From an uncultured delta proteobacterium (GTDB lineage: Bacteria; Desulfobacterota; Binatia; UBA9968): a DNA stretch of 64,000 nucleotides. The notes beneath the pieces were generated by a model. The model was not told the DNA's origin, did no database searches, and worked only from the letters and a program-made list of their open reading frames with translations. The stretch lies in NCBI GenBank assembly GCA_963804165.1, contig CAWDPO010000006.1, positions 160,001 to 224,000 of the forward strand. The letters run 5' to 3'. Below are positions 52,862-62,802 of this stretch, piece after piece. A program made the translations under genes and the position numbers. Numbering within the stretch: position 1 is the first letter of the stretch; each line of letters begins with the position of its first letter.

Positions 52862-53389
52862 CTACATGTGTGGCGATTGGTATAACTTCTCCAAAATATG
52901 CCTTGCGCCCCTTTCCGCCGCTTCAGTCGGTGAACCCTTTATCAAATCCATGTCCGCTGCCGAAAAATTGAAATTGTCTTGATGAGTAAGAATAAACCAA
53001 CCACGATAAGCGAGAAACAAGGGCGACGTACACCCCGTAAGCTTTTGATACATCACCTCCGCGTCGAAAATTAAATACTCTGTTTGCGTTGGGAAGAAAT
53101 TGAAACTCGCGTCTGCGTCCCTGTCTGCGTGTTTAAAAAAATTTTCTGCGGCATTTAGCGCTTTGCTGACTGCTTTTTGAAATTCTGGCTTAGCGTGTTG
53201 CACCGATAAATCTTTGACAATCATTGCGCCAAGCTTCTTCTTTTTCACGATATCTCGTATCACGTTGTAACTTGCCGCTGCGAGTGTATGAATTGATATC
53301 TCATCGCCTTCGAGGAAATAGAGACGTATGGCTGTCTCTAACTGCCGTTTTGCGGCGTCAAGTTTTGTAATTTCTATGCCCGCTGTCAT
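52862..53389 (-). CDS. Hypothetical protein
   Basis: ITKLDAAKRQLETAI...SIHTLAAAS...NFFKHADRD; the N..KH segment is reminiscent of HEPN-like motifs (inference). Confidence 0.65.
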   Translation of the reverse strand: MTAGIEITKLDAAKRQLETAIRLYFLEGDEISIHTLAAASYNVIRDIVKKKKLGAMIVKDLSVQHAKPEFQKAVSKALNAAENFFKHADRDADASFNFFPTQTEYLIFDAEVMYQKLTGCTSPLFLAYRGWFILTHQDNFNFSAADMDLIKGSPTEAAERGARHILEKLYQSPHM

Positions 53390-53884
53390 AAGTTATCGGT
53401 CGATGAAGCCGAAGGAACCAAGAAGCGAAAACCGCGATTCCTCATGCTCGTAGTTTTTCTATTCTCAAGCCACCAAAAACCTGTGAGCGGAACTAGGAGA
53501 AGAAGCCCGTTCATCGACGATATGGAATATCCTGACCGTCCATGGTCATCTCCTTTGCCGTAAGGGCCGTCTTGTATCGCAGGCGGATAATGGAAACAAC
53601 CGGAGCCGGGGCCGCTCTCTGAGGGGGTCCAAACGATTCGCTCAATTGCATCAAACTGGCGATGAACGGTGGACCTCCATGACCTGGTCTTTTTTTGGAA
53701 TGAACTGCGGCGAGCCGTTTGCAGATCTCGCAGGGCTCGGTAGACCAATGCGCGCTGCCGCCGTTCGTATGCTGGACGACGAAAACATCACGGATATTCC
53801 GTCGCACGAAGGGTTCGCGTTCCTTCAGGAACCGGGTTGCCAGCATGCGGCTGAAATTCTTACCGTGTGACCGGAGGGCCATCG

Positions 53885-54088
53885 TCAATCCCGCACGATG
53901 CGGCGCGTCCTGGACTTGAACGTCGACGATTTCTTTAGCGACCGCGCCATAGACTCAAGGAACTGCTCGCGCTTCTGCCCACAGTTCACGGCTTCCTCCC
54001 GGTCGCTGAACCACCGCCAACCGTCAGCCGAGTAGACGCGCATGGGCTGACCGTGAACAACTATTTCCCGCTCGCGAAATTTGCTCAT
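53885..54088 (-). CDS. Small hypothetical protein
   Basis: MSKFREREIVVHGQPMRVYSADGWRWFS..., the 3' part of the 53885-54505 ORF; lies downstream of the structured region. Confidence 0.45.
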   Translation of the reverse strand: MSKFREREIVVHGQPMRVYSADGWRWFSDREEAVNCGQKREQFLESMARSLKKSSTFKSRTRRIVRD

Positions 54089-54155
54089 CGTCGTCTCGAT
54101 TCTGCCGCCGGAACTGCCGCCATCGGGGTGAGGGACGACGACAGCCCGGCAGGCG

Positions 54156-54400
54156 TTCCGACCAAAAACCATGCGCGGCGAGCGCACGGCGACGACGGCG
54201 CATGGAACGCCGTTGGCCGGAATTCCCCGATTGCGAAAGTGGTCGCAACCGGGAAATCGGGAAAAGTTTTCGCCAGAATCCGCCGCGTAAGTCGGTGAAC
54301 CTTCACGGCGGTCTGGCGTCTCCCCGTGTCCGCACAATTCCACGGAACTCTCGTGGGCGTCGATTTTCTCTGCGGTTGCGAATCGAGACCGCATCGACGC
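54156..54400 (-). ncRNA. Candidate structured RNA (five consecutive hairpins)
   Basis: Back-to-back inverted repeats; G-U pairs work on the minus strand. Confidence 0.45.
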
Positions 54401-54422
54401 ACAGACCCGAGGGAAACCGAAT

Positions 54423-55049
54423 TCATTTGTAGTAGCAATAAATCTTGTCGAGCTCGTCGCCGTACTCTCGCGCAGCCAAGATGCACTCCCCGAATGCTTT
54501 GACATCCGAATCCTCGTCGATGCCCCGTTGCTCGGCGAGTTTCTTGCCGCGACAGTAGAAGCGATTCTCGCCGCAGCGCTTGCAGCGCGTATCGTCGGCG
54601 GCGTATTCCCCCCGCTCGACAGCGCCAGCGACCGCCGGAATCAGCAAGGCGAGCAAATCCCAATCGCTGTCCGCGATGAACCCGTCCGTCGCCGCTCGCG
54701 CTAAACTCGGGTTCGCGCTTCGAACGTTAGCGAGGGCTCGCTTGTATTCGTCGACCGGAAACGCGACGCCGGGGCCGACGTTCTGAAGTTTCCGCCGAGC
54801 GAGACTGTCAAGGACCGAACGGGCGAGCGTTCGAACCTTGTCGAGGTCGGCGAGAAGGCCGGCCATCGCTTGTTGGGCCGGGGACAGCGTCTCGTACGAT
54901 TTCACTACGGCGATGTCGCCGAACGTGTACTGCATCACTAATTCAGGATTCTCCGCGCACGCTCGGCGAAAGGCGGTTCGGTAATCGCCGCCGTAGTTGC
55001 ACGCCTTGGCGTCTAGCTCGCTCTGTGCGTTTTTTTGAATTGTGTTCAC
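54423..55049 (-). CDS. Hypothetical phage-like protein
   Basis: Repeated LD..A....DY..A......NP.L motif; cotranscribed with the terminase block. Confidence 0.6.
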   Translation of the reverse strand: MNTIQKNAQSELDAKACNYGGDYRTAFRRACAENPELVMQYTFGDIAVVKSYETLSPAQQAMAGLLADLDKVRTLARSVLDSLARRKLQNVGPGVAFPVDEYKRALANVRSANPSLARAATDGFIADSDWDLLALLIPAVAGAVERGEYAADDTRCKRCGENRFYCRGKKLAEQRGIDEDSDVKAFGECILAAREYGDELDKIYCYYK

Positions 55050-55075
55050 GTCGTGCTCTTCCCTTCTGTCGGTTT

Positions 55076-55735
55076 TTAACCGACCGCTTCGATAGTCTCC
55101 GTTAGTGCGCCGGTCGTCGTCGATTCGGACCCCGCAACAGCGTCCTTTGCGACAGCGTCCTTTGCGACCGGCATCTGCCGATTGGCGTTCGCGACGATTC
55201 CGGTGAGGAGTTCGTCGTACGGCTGCTTGTAGGCGCGGTCCGCCGAATGCCCGCCGTGGAAAATCGCCGTAATCCGGCGCTCGAGGTGCACCAGGCGGAA
55301 CTGCGCCTGCGCGCCGTGGGTTTCGGTATACGCCTTCATGCGGTTCAATCGCACCGAGTGCAGCGCGGCGCGAGCCGTCAAGGCCAAGACCATCTGCTCG
55401 ATGTCTTTCGCCTCGGCGAGTGCTCCTTCCACGTCGGCGTCGTACTTCGCGCGGTCTTCGAGGGCGTGGGCTCGCTCGCGTTCGGCGAATAAATCCTCGA
55501 TATCGACGCCCGCTTGATTCACGCGGATTTCCAATCGCACGCGGTCGCGGTCGAGTTTGAAAAGCTCCGCGTCTATCCTATCGAGCGTCGGTTCGTCCGC
55601 ACCGTTCCTGACCTTTTCTTCGTAGCCGCCCTTCATCCGCACCAGATTCGTCTCGGTCTCGGCGAGCTGGGTTTTCAAGTCGGCCTGTTTTTTTTTCGCC
55701 TCGTCCAGCTTCTTTTCAACTTCCTGCACTTCCAT
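55076..55735 (-). CDS. Coiled-coil hypothetical protein
   Basis: E/K/A-rich heptads; GGGGG RBS; 15-bp tandem duplication (KDAVA twice). Confidence 0.7.
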   Translation of the reverse strand: MEVQEVEKKLDEAKKKQADLKTQLAETETNLVRMKGGYEEKVRNGADEPTLDRIDAELFKLDRDRVRLEIRVNQAGVDIEDLFAERERAHALEDRAKYDADVEGALAEAKDIEQMVLALTARAALHSVRLNRMKAYTETHGAQAQFRLVHLERRITAIFHGGHSADRAYKQPYDELLTGIVANANRQMPVAKDAVAKDAVAGSESTTTGALTETIEAVG

Positions 55736-55789
55736 GCTTTTCCCCCTTTGTTGGTTTCGGTTTCGGAAAAATGAATTTCACGACGATTC

Positions 55790-55942
55790 TCATCGGTACA
55801 CGCGCCATGCCTTTCTGCGCCGCATCGGAGGTTTCGGAACTGCTCCACGGTCGCGCTGTCTTGCGAGTGTCTTGTCCGCGCACAGCTGGCAATACCGACT
55901 ACGGGGTGACGCCTTTCTCCCGCAACTCGATGCGCATCTCAT
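55790..55942 (-). CDS. Small Cys-rich basic protein (50 aa)
   Basis: MRCASSCGRKASPRSRYCQLCADK...; ATG overlaps the terminase stop; below the ORF-track size cutoff. Confidence 0.5.
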   Translation of the reverse strand: MRCASSCGRKASPRSRYCQLCADKTLARQRDRGAVPKPPMRRRKAWRVYR

Positions 55943-57486
55943 AAATCCCAAAATCCCCGACCGGAGCGAGAGCGGTCGATAAGGACGTGCACGTCATCGG
56001 TCGGCGCGCCTTGGTCGAGCCATCCCACTCCGGCGTTGACCGTTCGTTCGGGCGTGAATTGGTTCATGCGCAAGAATTCCTCGGCATCGAACGAATCGCC
56101 GCCCAAGACACTGGCAAGGCGGGCAACCACCGCCGCGTAGTCGTCGTGCTCGTTGTTGGCATGGTCAATCCGCATCCCGCGCCACAGCAAGCCGAGAAAC
56201 TGATTCTGCAAATCCGCGTTGTCCAGGAGAACGATTTGACCGCTGTTCAACCGGGGTCCGAAGGCCTCGTAAGTCTGATGGGTCGTTAGTTCGGACAACA
56301 CGGCCGAGATGCCGTGCTGCGCGAACGCCGCCTGGAACGTGTTGTGCGCGAATCTATCGACCGTGACGGTGCCGATGCGGTACGGCTTGGCGGTAGCGGC
56401 GAACAAGCCGACCGTTTTCAACGGGTCGAACGGCGTGCCGCATTGCTGGTTGATTATCAAGTCGAGAATGACGCGGTCGTCCTAGTCGAGGTGGCCTACG
56501 GCTAACGTCGCGTCGTCGTTGCTGCCGTCCGACATATCGACGGCTGCGGCATAATCGATGCCGGATACGGGCGGACGGACTTTGATGCCGACGGCGATGC
56601 TGTTGAGGATGCTTTCGGCTGCGAACGCTGCGCCTTGCGGTTGTCCGCCGACGTTCTCGTGCAAACGGCGGAAGAGATGGCCGGGCAAGCGCAACCGCTG
56701 CTGTTCTATGTACTCGTTGAAACCGTTGACGAACGGCAAGGACGGGTTCGCTCGCTCGACCCCGGTCGGCTTGCTGGCGAATTCCGGGTCGGTGCAATAA
56801 TCGGATGCGTACCAGCTGAAATAGAAACGCTTGTCGGTGCCGGCCTTCCCGCGTGCGACATAGTCGAACATCGGGACGCCGGGACGCCGTAATAGCGTGT
56901 CGTAGGATTCGAACCACTGGATGGCGTCGGTTCGATGCGGGTCAAGCGCAAGGCCTTCGAGCAAGGCGTAGTCGCGCTGGGTCTGGAGTTCGTTGACGTG
57001 CAAGAACAGATAAGACTTGCCGTGCTGCCCGAAGATGTCGCGACCGGAGAGGATGCGCAAATCGCCGTTGCCGTCCTTGCGGTAGACGCCGTCGGTCTTG
57101 ATGCTGAGCCGTTTCGAGAGTTCGGGATTCTTGCGGATGAATTTCTTGAGCAAGTCGAGAGCTTCGTTCGCCTGCTCAACGTCGAACGAAACGACGCGGC
57201 AGTCGTTGCCGGTCGTCGTGCGCCACGCCATCAAGCGGTGCAGCCCGGCAAATAAACCGTCGAACGTCTTCCAGCACTTCTTGCCGCGACCGGTGAGCAC
57301 GTTGTTGTACTGCGGGCGGTCTTGCTCGTCGTCCCACGTGTCGATTGCTGCGCTCAAAGTGCGCTGCCGGTAGGGCTCTATCGTTTCGAGCAACGGACGG
57401 CCGTCGAGCCAGTAGAGCGAACGGGCGAACGTCAGGACGGGAATCTGACGCGGCTTGCGGGCGGTGCTATTTGCGGTTGTGGTCAT
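55939..57486 (-). CDS. Terminase large subunit-like protein (frameshift near 56480)
   Basis: PYRQR Q-motif, GRGKKCWKT Walker A-like, LHVNE Walker B-like, ANPSL, VDMSDGSNDD nuclease motif and C-terminal HDD. Confidence 0.75.
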
Positions 57487-57776
57487 TTGCCGTCTGAGAT
57501 GTTCGCTTCGGTCGCCTGCTCGCGCTCCCACGGCGCAAGGTCTATCGTTCGCGCCTGCCGTTCGAGTCCGAGGCGCATCAAGTTGGCGACGATGCGTGTC
57601 TGAATCGGAGCGATGTAGGCGTCAATTTTTGAGAGTGCCGCGATGTTTTTACGGACACTCGGCTTGGTTTCCAAAATCTCGTCGCGGCATTCGTACAGGT
57701 CGTTCAGGGTTTGCTTGTCGCGCTTGAGGTGGTCGATGATTTCCAACTTCTGCGCGGTCAAGACTTCCTTGCCGGG
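57483..57776 (-). pseudogene. Possible terminase small subunit-like gene, apparently 5'-truncated at the element junction
   Basis: Reading frame open back to the junction (PGKEVLTAQKLEII...LMRLGLERQAR); stop overlaps the large-subunit ATG. Confidence 0.45.
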
Positions 57777-57918
57777 CTAGAAGAGAACGTAATGAAGACG
57801 GGGGCTAGCCTATAGCCTGACATTACCGTCACAGCCCTGCGACGGTCGTTGAAATAAAAAAAGGGGCGACCAGCCGGTCGCCCCTACAAGAATAATCGTG
57901 TTAATGCTTCGGGACCTC

Positions 57919-58797
57919 TTACGTGCGCATGTAGCTCAGATCTTTTGCCATCGCTTCGAGCCGGGCAATGCGCTCTTCCATCGGCGGATGAGTGCTGAAT
58001 AGCTTAGCCAAGCCGCCGACCGTCAGCGGATTAACGATAAACATATGTGCCGTCGAGTTGGCAGTCGCATCGCTTACCTGGAGCGGGATATTCTGCGCGC
58101 CCATTTCCAGCTTGCGCAGCGCGCTTGCCAGCGCCAGCGGATCGCCGCTGACCTTGGCGCCGCCTTCGTCAGCCATATATTCGCGCGAGCGCGACACGGC
58201 CATTTGAATCAACATTGCCGCCATCGGCGCCACGATCATCATGAACAGCAAGCTGAAAATATTGCTGCCGCCTTCTTCGCGGTCGCGGCTGCCGCCGCCG
58301 AAGATCGCGGCCCACTGCGCCATATACGCTAGGTAGCTGATCGCGCCTGCGAGCGTCGCCGCGATGCTACTGATGAGAATATCGCGGTGTTTGACGTGGC
58401 TAAGCTCGTGGCCCAAAACACCGGAGAGCTCGCGTTTGTTGAGAATGCGCCGGATACCTTGAGTGACGGCCACGGCCGCATGTTCGGGATTGCGCCCTGT
58501 CGCGAACGCGTTCGGGGTTTCCTCCGGAATGATGTAAACCTTCGGCATCGGCAAACCCGCTCTGACGGTGAGATCGCGAACGATGCCATAGAGCTCCGGA
58601 TCGTCGTTTGCGGTAATTTCTTGCGCGCCGTACATCTTGAGAACAATCTTGTCGCTGAACCAGTAACTGAAAAAGTTCATGGCGCCGGCCATGATTAGAG
58701 CGAGAACGGCTCCGTTCGGACCGCCGACCATGTGGCCGATCCAGACGACGAGCGCCGTTAACGCTGCCAGGAGAATCGTGGTTCGAAAGCCGTTCAT
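57919..58797 (-). CDS. htpX: Zinc metalloprotease HtpX
   Basis: [24 protein letters not shown] and FSTHPP motifs. Confidence 0.95.
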   Translation of the reverse strand: MNGFRTTILLAALTALVVWIGHMVGGPNGAVLALIMAGAMNFFSYWFSDKIVLKMYGAQEITANDDPELYGIVRDLTVRAGLPMPKVYIIPEETPNAFATGRNPEHAAVAVTQGIRRILNKRELSGVLGHELSHVKHRDILISSIAATLAGAISYLAYMAQWAAIFGGGSRDREEGGSNIFSLLFMMIVAPMAAMLIQMAVSRSREYMADEGGAKVSGDPLALASALRKLEMGAQNIPLQVSDATANSTAHMFIVNPLTVGGLAKLFSTHPPMEERIARLEAMAKDLSYMRT

Positions 58798-58956
58798 AGG
58801 TTTTCCTCCATTTTAGCTGATCCTAGTTACCCTAGAAGTTTAAGTCAAGCTCGATTCGGGTCTATAGTAAATGTGCGTACGCCCGGGACAAAAATCAAGG
58901 GCCGCGCTAGGCAGCTGAAAATACAGGGAATCCCCCTCGGTTGAAAGGAGACTATC

Positions 58957-59829
58957 ATGCGGATCGGCGTCGTTTTCCCGCAAACTGAAATAGGCAGTGA
59001 CCCATCTGCCGTCAAAGATTATGCCCAGGCAGCCGAGGAACTCGGTTTTAGCCATATTTTGGCCTACGATCACGTGATCGGCGCCAATCCCGCAAGCCGT
59101 CCGGGCTGGCGCGCACCGTACAGTCATTTAGACATGTTTCACGAACCCTTGGTTCTTTTTGCCTATCTCGCCGGGCTGACAAAGCAGATTGAATTCGTCA
59201 CGGGCATCATTATCTTACCCCAACGACAGACTGTTCTCGTCGCGAAACAGGCGGCGGCGCTGGATGTCCTGAGCGGAGGCCGCCTGCGCCTCGGCATCGG
59301 TATCGGCTGGAATCCCGTGGAATACGAGGCGCTCGGCGAACCCTTCAAAAACCGCGGTAAGCGATCCGAGGAGCAGGTCGAGGTGCTGCGGAAGCTCTGG
59401 ACCCAGGAGCTGGTCACTTTCAACGGCCAGTGGCACAAAATCACCGACGCCGGCATCAACCCGCTGCCCGTGCAGCGACCGATCCCGATCTGGTTTGGCG
59501 GCACCGACGATCGCGTTCTGCGCCGTTTGGCGAGACTCGGCGACGGCTGGTTCCCGCAGATGGCCCCCGACGAAAATGGCCGCGCCGCTATCGAGAAAGT
59601 CCACCGGTACGCCCGGGAGGCTGGCCGTGATCCGAGCCGGATCGGTATCGAGGGTAGGATTGCTTACGGCCAGGGATCGCCCGGCGCGTGGATGAAAGAC
59701 TTGCAAGCTTGGCAAGACCTTGGCGCCTCCCACGTCGGTTTCAACACGATGAAGGCGGGACTCAACTCAGCGACCGCGCATATCGAAGCGATTCGGCGTT
59801 TTAGCGCGGAGACCACCGGGCACGGATGA
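58957..59829 (+). CDS. LLM-class (putative F420-dependent) oxidoreductase
   Basis: AEELGFSHILAYDHV, LPQRQTVLVAKQAA and GIGWNPVEY motifs. Confidence 0.87.
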   Translation: MRIGVVFPQTEIGSDPSAVKDYAQAAEELGFSHILAYDHVIGANPASRPGWRAPYSHLDMFHEPLVLFAYLAGLTKQIEFVTGIIILPQRQTVLVAKQAAALDVLSGGRLRLGIGIGWNPVEYEALGEPFKNRGKRSEEQVEVLRKLWTQELVTFNGQWHKITDAGINPLPVQRPIPIWFGGTDDRVLRRLARLGDGWFPQMAPDENGRAAIEKVHRYAREAGRDPSRIGIEGRIAYGQGSPGAWMKDLQAWQDLGASHVGFNTMKAGLNSATAHIEAIRRFSAETTGHG

Positions 59830-59836
59830 GTCGATT

Positions 59837-60899
59837 CTAATGCGCCGCTGCGGTCTGTTCCTTACCGTGTTTATCGAGCCATGCGCGCAGCGCGGCGAAA
59901 GGCTCGCCGCCGTCGCCGACCGCGCGACGCAGGGTTTTTATCGTGCGCACGAGATCGCGCCCGCACGAGTCGTAGAGCGCCTCGAACAAATCGAGATCTT
60001 TCAGATAGACAATGTAATGCATCAGCACTGCGTTATTGAGCGGCCGTTGGCTAAAGGCACGAAAGCGATGGTTCGGACGATCGGCGACGCGGCGCAACCA
60101 TTCGGCTTTACTACGGGTGAAAACGTCGTCGCGTAAACGCAACTTGTCGGCGCGTGGAATATCGCGGCCGTAAAGATCGCCGAGCGTGCGCGCGATTTCG
60201 GCGATGAACCCGCCGAACTCCCGTTCATCATTCCAAGCTTCAGCAGCGTTCCGGTATTCCGCGCTGTCTGCGCCGAAACGCGCGCGGAAAAAATCCATCG
60301 CCGAGCGATGACCGACAAAATTGGCCGAGCTTTCGTTGAACGCGCCGGCGCCCTTAATATAGAGCGTATTATGAAATAGCTCATGAAAAACGATTTCGCT
60401 GAGCACCGTCTTGTTATAGCGGAGCAAATGCGACAACAACGGGTCATCAAACCAGCCGAGCGTGCTGAAAGCCGCAGAAGTGCGCAGATGGGTATCGTAG
60501 CCCTCTGCGCTCAGCCGATCGATTTCGGCTTGCGCTTCTTCCTTGGAAAAATAGCCCTTGTAGGGCACCCGGCCGACGATCAAGAACCACCAGGTGTAGG
60601 GGCGCAACTCGGTCTTGGGCGCCGCCACGACGACGTAGGTCAAATCGGGCCGATCGACATAGGAATAACTCGAATAGCTGCCGCCGACGTTGAATTTCAA
60701 GAACGTCCCGCGCATAATCTCGCACCGCCAAGACCAATTGCAATTTTTCCTGGGTGTCCAGCGTCACGTCTGATTTCTGAACAAAATCGGCAATCGGCTC
60801 GCGCCGCCAGAGAATTTTTCCCTCTTCGTAAGCGGCGCGCAGTACATACAGAGGCGAGCAACCGGAAATAGCGCCAGCCACGAGAAGGCTTGCCAGCAA
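59837..60899 (-). CDS. Predicted zinc aminopeptidase lipoprotein (frameshift near 60700; start uncertain)
   Basis: ISGC lipobox; VPYKGYF, AFSTLGWFDDP and FHELFH...FNES motifs. Confidence 0.8.
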
Positions 60900-60982
60900 T
60901 CAACCAGAACAATTGTTTGAGTCCTCTCCGTGTCACCCAACGGACGCGGAAATAGCCGCGTTGAGTTTCATCGCGCGGCAAA

Positions 60983-62802
60983 CTAGGCGAGACGCTGGGC
61001 GGGTTTATCATGGGTCGTGAGCTTCAACTCCTCGCGCTCGTACTGCAACTGGTACAAGCGGTAATAAATCCCCTGCTTTTCCATCAATTCGGCATGGGAA
61101 CCCACTTCGCGAACTTCCCCATGGTGCAGCACGATGATGCGGTCGGCGTTGCGGATCGTCGATAAACGGTGCGCGATCAAAAGACAGGTTCGGTCGCGCA
61201 TCACTTTTTCCATCGCGTCTTGAATCAGCGCTTCGGTCTCGGTATCGATGCTGGAAGTCGCCTCGTCCATCACGAGAATTTCCGGTTGATAAACCAGAAC
61301 TCGCGCCAATGACAGCAGCTGGCGCTGGCCGCCGGAGAAGTTGCTGCCGCGTTCTCGCACGCGGGCATCATAGCCCTCGGGTAGCCGGCGAATAAAGCTC
61401 TCTGCGTTGGCCACCTTGGCGGCCCGTTCGATTCGCTCCAGCGGGATCGAAGGATCACCCAGGGCGAGATTGGCGCGCACGTCGCCGGAAAATAAGAAAA
61501 CATCCTGCAAGACGACCCCGATATGGCGTCTGAGCGCGCGTAGATCCCACTCGCGCACGTCGACGCCGCTGACTTTGATGGAGCCTTGTTGGATATCGTA
61601 AGAGCGATTCAGCAGCTTGATCGTCGTCGTCTTACCCGAGCCGGTGGCGCCGACCACCGCAACTTTCTCTCCCGGTGCGATGCGGAACGATACACCTTTG
61701 AGCACCGGATCTCCCGCCTTATAGTGAAACCAGACATGGTCGAAGACTACTTCGCCGCGAAACGGTTTCGGCACGACGGCGTTTTTCGGGCTCGTGATGT
61801 CGACAGGGATATCGAGCAATTCAAAGATACGCTCTGCGGACGCCATCGCGGACTGCATCACCGTGTATTTTTGACTGAAGTCGCGCAACGGCACAAAGAA
61901 GCGATGGATATACTCCTTGAACGCCACCAGCGTGCCGATGCCGATCGCACCATGCAGCACTTCGCCGCCGCCGTACCAGAGCAATAGCCCGACAGTCACA
62001 GCGCCGGCCGCTTCGACCATCGAGTAGAGTCCGGCTTCATACAAATTCGATAGATGATAGGCGTCGCGATGATCGGCGTTCAGAGCCTCGAATTCGCGAT
62101 AGGTTTTTTCCTCGCGAGCAAATAGTTGGATCACGGCCATGCCGGAAATGGCTTCACCTAGATAGGCGTTGATGCGCGCGATCCGTACGCGGATTTGGCG
62201 GTAGGTGTGGCGCGCTTTGCCGCGAAAAAAATTGATCGCCAGACGCCATGGGCGGGATCAACGCCAGCGATACCAGCGCCAACTTGACGTCGAGATAGAA
62301 CATGATGCCGATGATCCAGATGACCATGACGAAATCCGACAACGAGCGTAATCACACCCGAGGCGAACATCTCCTGCAGCACGTCGACGTCGGTGGTCAT
62401 CCGCGTCACGAGGCGTCCTACCGGGTTTCGGTCGAAGTAGCTCATCGGCAGTTTCTGTACGTGGGAAAAAATCGCCACGCGCAAATCCGCCAGACAACGC
62501 TGCGCCACCAGCATGGAAAAATAATACTGCGCAAATACGGTGACCGTTTCGCCGATCACGGCGACGAGAAAGCACAGCATGACGGTCTGCAAGCCCCAGA
62601 GATTCTTGCCGGCGATGTATTGATCGATGCCGATTTTCATCAAATAGGGCTGCGCCAAGCCGAATGCTTGCTGCAGCGGCAAGAGCAGCAAGCTCAAGTA
62701 AAAGAGCCGTTTGTACGGGATGATGAAATACCAAAGGCGGCGGATCAGCCGAAGATCGTAGGCCTTGCCGAGGATTTCTTCTTGTTGCGCTTCTTCGGTC
62801 AT
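60983..62802 (-). CDS. ABC exporter, fused permease/ATPase (MsbA/MdlB-like), frameshifted
   Basis: YFDRNPVGRLVTR, GATGSGKTT, FSGGQRQ and MDEATS motifs. Confidence 0.88.

Larger units (their letters stand above)
48212..57773. mobile_element. Phage/satellite-like insert (about 9.6 kb) with no recognisable integrase
   Basis: Terminase genes, XRE HTH, accessory cargo, compositional shift, GGGCTA at both junctions (48206-48211 and 57774-57779). Confidence 0.7.

Noticed and set aside
48206-57779. Mu/Tn7-type transposon with a 5-bp target duplication
   Set aside because: No TG...CA termini, terminal inverted repeats or transposase gene.
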